Virus record (IMG/VR): IMGVR_UViG_3300048895_000326
Location: 1-39,846 of that record
DNA length: 39,846 nucleotides
DNA from: a virus
Lineage: Duplodnaviria; Caudoviricetes
Reading direction: 5' to 3' (one strand)
Below the pieces are notes generated by a model that saw only the letters and a program-made list of their open reading frames with translations, ran no database searches and was not told the DNA's origin. Numbering within the stretch: position 1 is the stretch's first letter; every line of letters starts with the position of its first letter. A program made the translations under genes and the position numbers. Shown piece after piece: positions 26,475-35,640 of this stretch.

Positions 26475-28816
26475 CCGCAATTGGGGAACTCTCGCGGCTG
26501 ATCCAGGAGCTCCGCACCGAGGTGGACGCGCTGAAGCGCAAGCCGCCCGTCCAGGAGACGCAGACGGTCAACTTCATGGCGCGCGAAGGCCAGACCCTGA
26601 CCGTGGAAGCGCCCGCGGCGGGCATCTCGGGGACGCTGGTCCAGGCCACCGCCTACAACCGAGGCGCCCGCATCACCTTCGTCCACCGCTCGCCGAACCG
26701 GGTCACCTACCGCGCGGTCAACGGCCTGGTGAACGGGCTGCCGTTCGTGGTCGTGAACGCCCCGGGGACCTTCGAGGCCATCAGCGACGGGTCTCGAGGC
26801 TGGAGCCTAGGACAAGGGGTCGGGCAGAACGGCGTTCCGGGCGCACCGGGGACCCCGGGCACCATCGGCCCCGCCGGGCCGCCGGGGAGCGACGGAGAGC
26901 GGGGGGCAGACGGGGACCCCGGTCCTCCAGGGCGCGACGGAGCAAACGGGCTCCAGGGGCCTCCAGGCGTGGATGGCGCGCCAGGCGAGCAGGGCGACTC
27001 TGGACCGCCCGGACGAGACGGCACGAACGGTGTCGACGGGGCGCCAGGCGCCGCGGGCCCACCGGGGCCACCCGGAACCGACGGCCAGGACGGCCAAGAC
27101 GGGATGCCAGGTCCCCCCGGGGCAGCCGGCGCCACCGGTCAGCAGGGCTCCGCGGGCCAGATCTATCCCTGGATGGACCCGCCAGAGCAGCCGGCTGACA
27201 TGCCGATCTATATCCAGCAGGGCGGCTCCAGCGCGACCCCGAGCTGGGCCCAGACCCTGGCGGTGGCGGCCGCGTCAGGCGCGAACAACCCCAGCATCGA
27301 CGGCGGCCAGCAGATCCGCTTCGCGGGTGGCGCGGCAACGGGCGACATCCGCTCGACCGGTGGCCTCGATGTCCAGGTCGTCGGCGGCAACTTCAATTTG
27401 GCGTGCACGTTCGCCGCGGCCGACATCACCGTGAACACGGTCGGCGGTATCGCCATCCAGGCCGGCGCCACCCCCATCACCAGCGTGACGGGAAACGACA
27501 TCTTCGTCGCCTGCGATGGGGACGTGCGGATCGGCGGGCTGTCCGGCGTCAGCATCGCCGCGGGCGCAGCCAGCGCGGGCCCGGCTGACGTTGGGGACAT
27601 CGTCTTCAACCCGAGCGGCGGCCTGGGGCTCTTCGCTGGCGCGCTGACGGGGACGGGCGTCTCGGACACCGACATCTGCCTGAACACCGACGGCGGCGTG
27701 GCGATCACCGCGCACACGGCGGTGAACACGAACGCCCCAGCGGGTGACATCGTCATGAATGCCCAGAGCGGCATCAGCATCAACGCGCTGGCGACGCAGA
27801 ACACCACTGGCGCGGCCGCTGGCGACGTCATCATCAACGCCGACGGCGGCGTATTCCTGGGTGCCGGCAACGCGACCCCGAGCACCGACGCAAACAATCT
27901 GGACATCTCGCTCGTAGCCAACGGCGCCGTGGCCGTCGACGCCGGCTTCACCGCGGGCACGAACCCGGCAGCGGGTGACATCGCCATGAACGCCACCAGC
28001 GGGATCGTGCTGAAGGCGGGAGCGACGCAGCAGTCCGGCGCGGCGGGAATCGAGATCGTCAGCGACACGACCATCATAGAGACCGCGGGCACGACCCAGG
28101 ACATCAGCCTGCGCGCCGCCCGCATCCTGGTTTCCGACTCCGCCGGGACCGGACGCGGTCAGGTGAACCTGGTGGAGAGCGCGAGCGCTGGCACCGTGAA
28201 CGCCGGCCAGGGCGGCATCTGGGTGGAGAACCTGACACCTAACCGGCTCATCTTCGCCGATGACAGCAGCAGCGCCGGCCAGTGGCCGCTGAACGTTCAT
28301 GGCATGTCGTCGCAGGTGTCGACGCCCGCGACCTTCACGGTCAACGCGCTGACCACGCAGATCACTCCCGTCAATTCGTCGATGCCAGCGGGCACCATGC
28401 GCGTCGGTTCCACCTGGGAGTGGACGCTGATGGGGACCGTCACCCGCGGGGCGACAGCGACAGCGTTTAACCTGCAGGCGGATCTGCTCATAAACGGCGT
28501 GTCCGTTCGCACCCTGAGCTTGTCGATTAGCCCGACAGGGAGCACCTACGGGTGGACGATAATGGGGATGCTGAACATCCTGAGCATCGGGGCAGCGGGC
28601 ACGTTTTCCGCCAATATGCAGGGTATCTGCCAGGGCGGCGGAAACGCCTTGACAACGAGTTCCATCATCAACGCCCTGGAACAGACCCGCAGCGTTGCCG
28701 CGACAGCCATTGACACCACCATCAATCGCGCTATCGCTGTCCGTGTGCAGATGTCGGCCGCTGTCGCGGCAACCCAATTGGTAGTTTGCAACGCGGTCCT
28801 GCAGCGGACCGTCTAA
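26471..28816 (+). CDS. Collagen-like tail fibre
   Basis: Long Gly-X-Y run followed by repeated GDI..NA..GI.I.A units. Confidence 0.85.
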   Translation: MTAIGELSRLIQELRTEVDALKRKPPVQETQTVNFMAREGQTLTVEAPAAGISGTLVQATAYNRGARITFVHRSPNRVTYRAVNGLVNGLPFVVVNAPGTFEAISDGSRGWSLGQGVGQNGVPGAPGTPGTIGPAGPPGSDGERGADGDPGPPGRDGANGLQGPPGVDGAPGEQGDSGPPGRDGTNGVDGAPGAAGPPGPPGTDGQDGQDGMPGPPGAAGATGQQGSAGQIYPWMDPPEQPADMPIYIQQGGSSATPSWAQTLAVAAASGANNPSIDGGQQIRFAGGAATGDIRSTGGLDVQVVGGNFNLACTFAAADITVNTVGGIAIQAGATPITSVTGNDIFVACDGDVRIGGLSGVSIAAGAASAGPADVGDIVFNPSGGLGLFAGALTGTGVSDTDICLNTDGGVAITAHTAVNTNAPAGDIVMNAQSGISINALATQNTTGAAAGDVIINADGGVFLGAGNATPSTDANNLDISLVANGAVAVDAGFTAGTNPAAGDIAMNATSGIVLKAGATQQSGAAGIEIVSDTTIIETAGTTQDISLRAARILVSDSAGTGRGQVNLVESASAGTVNAGQGGIWVENLTPNRLIFADDSSSAGQWPLNVHGMSSQVSTPATFTVNALTTQITPVNSSMPAGTMRVGSTWEWTLMGTVTRGATATAFNLQADLLINGVSVRTLSLSISPTGSTYGWTIMGMLNILSIGAAGTFSANMQGICQGGGNALTTSSIINALEQTRSVAATAIDTTINRAIAVRVQMSAAVAATQLVVCNAVLQRTV
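26810..27160 (+). repeat. Collagen Gly-X-Y repeat region
   Basis: [25 protein letters not shown]... continuous triplets. Confidence 0.9.
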
Positions 28817-28824
28817 AGGAAACC

Positions 28825-29187
28825 ATGAAGATTCTCCGCCTTCCATTCGCAGACGAGACCACGCAGATCGATACCCGTATCCCCCCGGGGCTCTATCGGG
28901 TCAGCGTGGTTGCCATTGTAGCCGTTTCAAACGTGACGGAGTCGCCTATCCCGGCCGGATACCCTGACATCACGTTTGCCTCTGGGGTCGGCGCTGTCGC
29001 CGGCATGCCGTCGTTCTCCAATCTCGGCATCAGCGAGTTGGCGCCCAATGAGTACCGCTGGCTATACCGAGAAGGGGTCGCGCTGTGCGAACTGACAGAC
29101 CCGTCCGCCATCATCGCGATCGCGCATGGATCGACATATCGCTACGACGGAACCCTGCTCATTCACTTCGAAGAGATTGGGACATAG
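28825..29187 (+). CDS. Hypothetical protein, tail-fibre associated
   Basis: AAAGGA RBS directly after the fibre stop; lower GC. Confidence 0.65.
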   Translation: MKILRLPFADETTQIDTRIPPGLYRVSVVAIVAVSNVTESPIPAGYPDITFASGVGAVAGMPSFSNLGISELAPNEYRWLYREGVALCELTDPSAIIAIAHGSTYRYDGTLLIHFEEIGT

Positions 29188-29237
29188 TCATCGTATCCAA
29201 TTGGGTGACATCGGGGTTCGTGGCTCGTCTTTTGAGC

Positions 29238-29594
29238 ATGAGCATGAACATCGCCGACACCGCATCCGTAGCCGAGCAACCGTGTCTTTATTGCCCCAAC
29301 TACGGTTCACCCTTTTACAATCGCCTGGTGGCAGTGGTCATCCGCATCACCGATGCGGCCACGGTAGGAAGCCTGAACGTCATCTTCCGGTGGGAAGACC
29401 CGGTGCTGGGCACCGTCAGCCACACGGTAACGATTCTGCTGACGGTGCTAAACAACTACAAGAGCGAGGTTTTTCCAGTCACTTTGGTAGGCAACGTCAA
29501 CTATGATCCGGTTGGCACCATAGAGTGCGTTGCGGTCGGGCTGGTGGGGACAACGGCCTTCGTGATCGACGTTGCCACCCAGGGCCTCGGATAA
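29238..29594 (+). CDS. Hypothetical beta-rich protein (start uncertain)
   Basis: ORF in the lower-GC segment; alternative starts at 29205 and 29244. Confidence 0.55.
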   Translation: MSMNIADTASVAEQPCLYCPNYGSPFYNRLVAVVIRITDAATVGSLNVIFRWEDPVLGTVSHTVTILLTVLNNYKSEVFPVTLVGNVNYDPVGTIECVAVGLVGTTAFVIDVATQGLG

Positions 29595-29626
29595 CCGCCG
29601 GGCGGTGGGCCAGCGATAATATAGAC

Positions 29627-30700
29627 ATGACGCAACAGGAGCTCATCGCCCGACTCACCGCACTGGCCGCCGAGGCGGCTTCCATCCAACTCCCCGCGGG
29701 TCCGCCCGGACCTCCAGGTCCCCCGGGCCCGAAGGGAGACAAGGGCGACCCCGGCACTACGCCGGTGGTCGTTCCCCCCGTCGTTACGCCGCCCGTAGTG
29801 ACGCCGCCGACCGGCGCCCGACCTGGCATCTACTTTGACGGAAAGACGCTCAGGAACCGCGCTGGCGTGGCGCAGGGGCCATTCTGCAGCGTGGAGGCGA
29901 TGCTCTACAGCTTGGCCGACATCACGACCGCGGTGGCGCAGGCGAAAGCCATCGGGGCCACGGCCATGGGGCCCCTGCTGGACGGCAACCTGGAGACGGC
30001 CGTGGGTGTCGCCGCCACCCTGGATCAGACCCTGGCGGCGCAGCTCATCTGCTGGCTAAACTTTGACCACGCTGGCGACCTCTGGAAGCGCCCCGACGTG
30101 CGCACGGTCGTGAATGACCCGAAGTACCCGCATGTGGGCCTCGAGCTGGCGGTCGAGCTCGGCTCGGGGATGAGCGCCGAAGCCTGGCGCACCCAGGCCA
30201 TTACGACCGGGAAGGAGATCTCCGCGGCGTTCCCGGACCGCCCATTCAGGATTGGGTTGCCCGACGGCGGACGCAACCCGGGCCCGGCCATCAAGTACGG
30301 GAAGGACGTCCTGGCGGGCATCGGGCACCGCGCGGGATGCTGGTTCGCGCCACAGGCCTACTGGAGCAAAACGAGCGGCTGGTACCAGAGCCTGGCGAGC
30401 TCGGGGCTGCCCACCGGCGCCGCGCCGTTCCGCTCGGGCATCAACGGCACGCTGGACGCGATCCGCTACCTGGCGAGCCTTGCCGAAGCCTGGGGCGTGG
30501 GGACCGACATGGTCGACCACGTTGGTCTCACTGGTCAGGCGGAGATCCTCGAGGTCGCCCTGGCGCTCGGGATGCCGGCACAGTCCTGGGCGCTAAGCGG
30601 CGACGGGATGGGGAATAACCTGTTCTCGGGCGGCGTCCTGACGCAAGCTGGTCTCGAGGTCCAGCGGGTGTTCCTGCGCTACCCGCGCATCGCCCTCTGA
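29627..30700 (+). CDS. Collagen/Pro-Thr linker plus putative glycoside hydrolase (GH5-like) domain
   Basis: GPPGPPGPPGPKGDKGDPG and PVVTP repeats, then GIYFDGKTLRNRAG resembling GH5 N-termini and LELAVELG at a plausible acid/base position; CGATAAT 6 nt upstream. Confidence 0.55.
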   Translation: MTQQELIARLTALAAEAASIQLPAGPPGPPGPPGPKGDKGDPGTTPVVVPPVVTPPVVTPPTGARPGIYFDGKTLRNRAGVAQGPFCSVEAMLYSLADITTAVAQAKAIGATAMGPLLDGNLETAVGVAATLDQTLAAQLICWLNFDHAGDLWKRPDVRTVVNDPKYPHVGLELAVELGSGMSAEAWRTQAITTGKEISAAFPDRPFRIGLPDGGRNPGPAIKYGKDVLAGIGHRAGCWFAPQAYWSKTSGWYQSLASSGLPTGAAPFRSGINGTLDAIRYLASLAEAWGVGTDMVDHVGLTGQAEILEVALALGMPAQSWALSGDGMGNNLFSGGVLTQAGLEVQRVFLRYPRIAL

Positions 30701-30702
30701 AC

Positions 30703-30736
30703 GCAGAAACGCCGGGCCCAATGACTGGGCCCGGCG
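30703..30736 (-). terminator. Intrinsic terminator between convergent blocks
   Basis: 11-bp stem CGCCGGGCCCA/TGGGCCCGGCG (30710-30736) followed by TTTCTG on the minus strand. Confidence 0.75.
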
Positions 30737-30760
30737 GAGAGCTACCGGGTCAGCGCGCCC

Positions 30761-31546
30761 TTACAGGCCGGCGCAGTCCTGGACCAGCGTGACGCCAGCC
30801 GGGTTCAGGCTGTAGGCCTTCGTGCGGCACAACTCGCCTGGTGAAAACAGGACCTTCGTCACGTTCAGCGGCAGAATGAGCCGCTCGCTGGCGAAGGTGC
30901 TGGCACCCGCAACGATATTGGGCCTCGCTCCGACGTCGACGATCTTCGCCACCTCATGCGCTACCGAATGGCGGAGGATGGTCAGGTCTTCCGCAGCCGT
31001 GGCCCCGCGGGCGTTGATCTGCGAAAGATTAATGCGGATGAGCGCCGTGGCCCAGACCTTGTGAAGGCCCGGAATCGCGACAGCTTCGGTCAGGCCAGCG
31101 CCGACGGCGATGGGGCTGAAGTCGCTGTAGCGGTCGATGTCGTCGGGGCCCGTGTTCGGCAGCGCGACGTTGGAGCTCGACATCTCGACATCGAAGGTCA
31201 CGTTGTTGTGTGACAGCGACCAGCCGCTTGCGGACAGCGAGGCGTTTGCCGAAGCGATGACCGCGTCCAGGACGGGCGAGATCGTCGGCTCCGTGCACTT
31301 GATTTTGATCGTCTTCTTCGATGGGTGGACGCAAGTCGAGTTCGCACCCATCAGCTGCTGGCAGGTGCTGTCGTTCGGACTGGTGTCGCTCATGACGCCA
31401 CCCATGAACGGATTGAATGCTGCGGTGCTCTGGTGGACGGTGATGGCCTCTTCAGCCGAGCCGGTCTCATCGCCGGGGACTTCGTAGCCGTCATCGTAGG
31501 AGCCGCAGCCGAGCGCGAGAATTATCAGTGATACGAGTTTCTTCAT
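30761..31546 (-). CDS. Lipoprotein, degenerate metzincin (likely pseudo-protease)
   Basis: Signal MKKLVSLIILALG-C; AHEVAKIVDVGAR where HExxHxxGxxH is expected. Confidence 0.65.
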   Translation of the reverse strand: MKKLVSLIILALGCGSYDDGYEVPGDETGSAEEAITVHQSTAAFNPFMGGVMSDTSPNDSTCQQLMGANSTCVHPSKKTIKIKCTEPTISPVLDAVIASANASLSASGWSLSHNNVTFDVEMSSSNVALPNTGPDDIDRYSDFSPIAVGAGLTEAVAIPGLHKVWATALIRINLSQINARGATAAEDLTILRHSVAHEVAKIVDVGARPNIVAGASTFASERLILPLNVTKVLFSPGELCRTKAYSLNPAGVTLVQDCAGL

Positions 31547-31562
31547 GGTTTCCTTTTCTGGG

Positions 31563-31661
31563 CCTGCTTGGCCTCGGTCCGCGCGCCCGTAACAACCCGG
31601 CTTCGAGTCCACCGGGAGATGCTTTCCGTTTCCGACGCGCAGACTGGGGCCCCGAAGGGCC
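31563..31661 (-). ncRNA. Conserved structured RNA element, copy 1
   Basis: cUUCGg hairpin plus about 18-bp imperfect stem; arms nearly identical to 37610-37691. Confidence 0.6.
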
Positions 31662-31667
31662 GAGGAT

Positions 31668-32789
31668 CTAGTTGTTACCTGCAGAGCAGATGGGGATGTT
31701 TGGGCTGTTGCCCTGGTCGATGAGGTTGATGGTGTTGACGTCGCCCGGACGGAAGAACCTAAGCCTCATGCGCTGGCAGTAGTTGAAGACGGCCGAGCCG
31801 CTGGGGCAGTTCGTGTATCCAGGGCCGAAGCAGATGCCGTTGCCGTTGGGGCAGGTGAGCGGCGTGTCTCCGTTCATGAGGTCGCAAGCCACGGGGTTTG
31901 CAGGCCAGCAGCCGCTGGTTCGCGTGCCGATGGGGCCAGTGCACGGCCCGTCCGGCGCCGGCTCGAAAGGCTTCTGTGAGCTCCCTCGGTGGGGTAGCCC
32001 CATGAAGTGGCCGACCTCGTGCTTGAAGACGGCGACCAGGATCGCTGACTCAAAAAACAACTCATTGGCAGGGTTGATTCTGTGCGCGAACGCATGGATA
32101 TTCTTCGGTGCAACCGTGAAGTTGGGGATGGCGCACTTGGCATAGGTCCTGCCGCCAGCGACCCCGATGCTCGCGCCAGCGTTGCACCCGGCGCTGGCCA
32201 TGATGCAGGGGCCGCCACCGTTGGCGCAGGTGGCGGATGGTCCTGCAGTGTCCTGCTTCACCACGAAGTCTATGGGGAGACCGGGCCCGTCCCGGAAGAA
32301 CGTCCAGCGAATCCCGCCGTGCGCGGTGTCTGCCGCTTGTCCCCAGTCGCCGCGCTGGAACGCCAGATCAGGGTCGTCGCGCAGCTGATTGGACGCCCCA
32401 CCCATGATACCCACGTACCCCGGAGCGGGCGTCGTAGGCCATGCGCTGCCGTCGACGCTCCAGTTTATGACCATGTCCACCGGAACCACTTCGCGCGGGC
32501 CCGGCGGGTTCGTATCGGTCATCCCGTAGCCATCGACTATGGTCCAGTTTCTCTTCTCAACGTCGGCCCCAGCGTCATCGCCGATGGCCGGAGCTACCTC
32601 ATCCCCGAGGTCGCAGTGCAAGCGGCCGTCCTCAGTCATCGTGTAGGAATGCGGCTGCGGAACGTGGTCGACTTCGGTTGTGCCTTGTCGCGGCTCTTCA
32701 GTGGGCGAGCCGCAGCCGATGACGGCGGCAACGGCAATCCAGAGTAGGTGTCTCATTCTTTTCTTTCTGCCGGCGTTGCCGGCGTTCAT
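31668..32789 (-). CDS. Cys-rich lipoprotein zinc metalloprotease (metzincin/matrixin-like)
   Basis: Signal ..MRHLLWIAVAAVIG-C; HEVGHFMGLPH; Met-turn candidate CDLMNG; alternative start at 32756. Confidence 0.85.
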   Translation of the reverse strand: MNAGNAGRKKRMRHLLWIAVAAVIGCGSPTEEPRQGTTEVDHVPQPHSYTMTEDGRLHCDLGDEVAPAIGDDAGADVEKRNWTIVDGYGMTDTNPPGPREVVPVDMVINWSVDGSAWPTTPAPGYVGIMGGASNQLRDDPDLAFQRGDWGQAADTAHGGIRWTFFRDGPGLPIDFVVKQDTAGPSATCANGGGPCIMASAGCNAGASIGVAGGRTYAKCAIPNFTVAPKNIHAFAHRINPANELFFESAILVAVFKHEVGHFMGLPHRGSSQKPFEPAPDGPCTGPIGTRTSGCWPANPVACDLMNGDTPLTCPNGNGICFGPGYTNCPSGSAVFNYCQRMRLRFFRPGDVNTINLIDQGNSPNIPICSAGNN

Positions 32790-33280
32790 TCGCAGGTGAT
32801 GGCGAAGCGCGGACCGTCCTGGAGATAGAACATCGTGCAGCCGGGCTTACCGTGGTGGTCGATGCCATGGGCGTGGCCGAGCTCGTGCGCCGCCAGGATC
32901 CAGGTCATGTCCGGCTGCGCCTCGAGCACGCGCCCGTCCAGGTGGATGGCGCTGTCCTGGTGCGGCGTGTGCCCGCCGGCCATGTGCGTTCCGGGTGGTG
33001 GGAGCGGCTCTGAGGGGTGGTCGATGACGATATGGAGTTCACCGTCAAACGTGGTGATCGGGCACCAGCCATCTGTCTCGCACCAGGCGTCCCTGGCATC
33101 CTCGATGGCCGCGCGAACCTCGGGGCTCGCGGTGGGGTCGATGGAGATGCTTTGCGGCGGGCCGCCGCAGCCAGAGAGCGTCAGTGCCAGGCACGCCAGC
33201 ACGAAGGCAACGCCCCAGACGGTCAGGCAGAAGTGGACGACGTTCTCGGTCTCTGGCTGCAGAAGCGGGCGCTTGTTCAT
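32786..33280 (-). CDS. Minimal lipoprotein zinc metalloprotease (matrixin-like)
   Basis: Lipobox LTLSG-C; HELGHAHGIDH; Met-turn CTMF. Confidence 0.85.
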   Translation of the reverse strand: MNKRPLLQPETENVVHFCLTVWGVAFVLACLALTLSGCGGPPQSISIDPTASPEVRAAIEDARDAWCETDGWCPITTFDGELHIVIDHPSEPLPPPGTHMAGGHTPHQDSAIHLDGRVLEAQPDMTWILAAHELGHAHGIDHHGKPGCTMFYLQDGPRFAITCE

Positions 33281-33282
33281 GA

Positions 33283-33314
33283 GGTCAGAATAACAACTAT
33301 TCTGACCCGTGCAA
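33283..33314 (-). promoter_or_regulatory. Sigma70-like promoter TTGCAC-16-TATTCT with perfect inverted repeat GGTCAGAATA-N5-TATTCTGACC
   Basis: Directly visible; -10 is 6 nt before ATG 33280. Confidence 0.7.
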
Positions 33315-33321
33315 GGTCCAA

Positions 33322-33768
33322 TTAGTCTTTTCTCCATTCGGTGATGGGGGCGTAGTAGTCGGAGATCTCCTTCCAGACCTTCATGACGCCCTTGTGCATA
33401 CCCTCTTGCTGGGGCGTGGTCGGGCGGTGCGCGGCCTTGTCCAGAACGATGATGAGATCGCAGGGGAATGCGTGGGCGAACCCGGTCCGCTCGCCTATCC
33501 AGCGCCGCAGCGCGCGCGCCATGACGTGGCCTTCGCACACCCAGGGCCCGGTCATCGTGAACCAGCGCCGCGACACCCAGTGCGCCGCCCCGCCCTCACC
33601 CGCGAAGGGTAGGCTCTCTGGGAGATAGTTCGTGTAGGGCTTCTGGTAGAGCACCGTCGACGCGGGGTCCCCGCAATGGATCGGGTAACCCTTCAGATGC
33701 CAAAGGTGCGCCTCTGTCGACTTGCCCCGAGACGGGCCGCCCACGATGACAACGCGGCTCGGGGTCAT
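33322..33768 (-). CDS. P-loop kinase (adenylate/NMP kinase-like)
   Basis: VVIVGGPSRGKST Walker A; WVCEG. Confidence 0.75.
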   Translation of the reverse strand: MTPSRVVIVGGPSRGKSTEAHLWHLKGYPIHCGDPASTVLYQKPYTNYLPESLPFAGEGGAAHWVSRRWFTMTGPWVCEGHVMARALRRWIGERTGFAHAFPCDLIIVLDKAAHRPTTPQQEGMHKGVMKVWKEISDYYAPITEWRKD

Positions 33769-33863
33769 TCCGCCCTCCAGAGCGCCGCGAAGGCCTTCCA
33801 GGCGGCGAAGGCAAAGCACCAGAGCGATGCCAGCAGCAGGAACAGGTCGAATGAATCAATCAT
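33765..33863 (-). CDS. Small membrane peptide (32 aa), not in the ORF track
   Basis: MIDSFDLFLLLASLWCFAFAAWKAFAALWRAE; overlaps both neighbours' stop/start codons. Confidence 0.5.
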   Translation of the reverse strand: MIDSFDLFLLLASLWCFAFAAWKAFAALWRAE

Positions 33864-35640
33864 GGCCGTACAGGTCTCCCTTGTGCCAGAGCTCGAGGGC
33901 GGCGCCGAATCGCATGGCCGCGTTCCGCAGCGCGTCACCGATGAGCTCTTTCATGCGGTCGCCGGCTCCCATCTGCCCTTTCGAAACGGCGTGGCCGTAC
34001 CCGAGCCGGCTGACGCCTTTGACCGTCAGGCGGATCCAGAGCCCCCCGTCACCATCGAGCAACGGCAGCCCCTCTGGGGTCGTCGCCAGCGGCTCCCAAG
34101 TCCATTCGATGTCCGCCTCGAGCAGGCGGTCCGTCACCGCGGCGTGCCCCGCGTAGGGGAGGTGGACAATCTTCGGGTGATGCCAGCCGCCGCAGATGTT
34201 GCACGGACGCTTCTCGCTGGGCGCGCACTCGTTCTGCGCCTTCGTGCCCTTCGGCAGCTGGGAGATGAGGTGGTCGGGAAACGGCTCGCGGAGCATCGCC
34301 AGACCCTTGTCGCCCGGGCCCGTGCTGAAGGTCGGCGGGGTCGCGGGGAGCACCACGGGACGCGGGTCCTCAGACGAAGCGGCAACTGAAGTAGCAGGCG
34401 TCGCAGGGAGCGAGGCAACCGAGGGCGCCACACTTGCCGCAGGAGCTTTTGGGGAGGTCGCCGCGATCACCCGCTTCTCCTCGGGAGTCTTCACCACGGC
34501 GTACGCCGCCGCTGCAGCCTGCTGGGGCGTGTAGGGGTTGCCCCGGTTGTCCACCTTGATGGTCTCCAGGTTCTGCTGGAAGCGCTCGAGTAGTTCCAGG
34601 GCATAGGCGCTGTCCGGCGCCACGCCAGCCACCCGAGCGGCCGTGGCCCCACCCAGGAAGCTCTTGAACGACAGCCAGCTGGTGGCCGGGGCCTGCGCGA
34701 CAGGCGAAGAGATGATGTCCGCCGCCTTCATCACCTCCGCTTCGAGCCGGTCGAGCTCGGGATCCGGCGGCAGCGTCGCCGCGGTGTCCCCCGGTCGCAT
34801 CGGCATCGGCGCTAGGAACGAGCGGGCGTCCAGCGGCAAGTCGGTGCGGAGCTCCGTCAGCTTCAGGTATCCGCCCACCGCCCCGCAACCCGCGAGCCAC
34901 TTCGTTACGACCGCGCTGACCTTGCCCAGCGGCGCCATGGCCTCATGGACCTTCATCATCGATTCGGTGATGGCGCCCAGCGTCGACAGCGCGTCCCCTT
35001 TCCAGCACTTGCGGATGAGCTCGGCCGCGTTCACGGGCCCGATGCCAGCTACCCCGGGGATGTTGTCCGACTTGTCGCCGCAGATGGCGAGAAACAACGG
35101 AATCTGCTCTGGGGTCACCGCGGCGCCCTCAGGCTTGCGCGCCGACTTCGCGGCGAACCCAAAGCGCTCGGACTTCGCCAGCCACGCTAGGTCTCGGATC
35201 TCGTACCCCCCGCGAGCGCGCGCATGGACAGTCACTCGGTCGTTCACGCATTGCATCAGATCCTTGTCCGACGTCACCAGGCGGATGTCTTCGAACTCGG
35301 GGTAGTAGAGCTTCGCCAGCGTGGCCTGGACGTCGTCCGACTCCATTCCGTCCATGGCGGCGATGTTGAATCCGTCGGCCTGAAGGAGCTCCAGGGCCTT
35401 GCGGTAGATGACGTGCCACTCGGGAAGCCGCTCGCGCTGCCCCTTGTATTCCGGGTAAAGCTCGGCCCTGAAGTAAGGCGGCTTATCCAGGCAAACCACC
35501 AGATGGGTGGCGTAGTCCCGCATCTCGTGCAGGACGCGCATGGTGCTCTCCGCGGCCATGTTCAGACCGTTGCTGGCGCCGGCGTGGAACTGGACACTGA
35601 GCTCATGCGAGAAGTCGAATAGGGCGATGCTCTTGCTCAT
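33856..35640 (-). CDS. 5'-3' exonuclease (PolI N-terminal/FEN) fused to Rad52/Sak-like single-strand annealing protein
   Basis: N-terminal VCLD..FR..YPEYKGQR, ESDD, TSDKDLMQ, GDKSDNIPGVAGIG; C-terminal LREPFP..YAGHAAVTDRL..LWIRLTV..DALRNAAMRFG. Confidence 0.88.
   Translation of the reverse strand: MSKSIALFDFSHELSVQFHAGASNGLNMAAESTMRVLHEMRDYATHLVVCLDKPPYFRAELYPEYKGQRERLPEWHVIYRKALELLQADGFNIAAMDGMESDDVQATLAKLYYPEFEDIRLVTSDKDLMQCVNDRVTVHARARGGYEIRDLAWLAKSERFGFAAKSARKPEGAAVTPEQIPLFLAICGDKSDNIPGVAGIGPVNAAELIRKCWKGDALSTLGAITESMMKVHEAMAPLGKVSAVVTKWLAGCGAVGGYLKLTELRTDLPLDARSFLAPMPMRPGDTAATLPPDPELDRLEAEVMKAADIISSPVAQAPATSWLSFKSFLGGATAARVAGVAPDSAYALELLERFQQNLETIKVDNRGNPYTPQQAAAAAYAVVKTPEEKRVIAATSPKAPAASVAPSVASLPATPATSVAASSEDPRPVVLPATPPTFSTGPGDKGLAMLREPFPDHLISQLPKGTKAQNECAPSEKRPCNICGGWHHPKIVHLPYAGHAAVTDRLLEADIEWTWEPLATTPEGLPLLDGDGGLWIRLTVKGVSRLGYGHAVSKGQMGAGDRMKELIGDALRNAAMRFGAALELWHKGDLYGHD

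Noticed and set aside
26781-27434. Overlapping alternative-frame ORFs in the collagen region
   Set aside because: By-products of GC-rich Gly-X-Y codon periodicity
19197-28846. Long minus-strand ORFs (19197-20558, 25164-26480, 27275-28846)
   Set aside because: Antisense to well-supported structural genes, with shadow-like composition
26471-29600. Diversity-generating retroelement or invertase-driven fibre switching
   Set aside because: No reverse transcriptase, TR/VR pair or recombinase catalytic domain seen; the Hin-like protein is an HTH only
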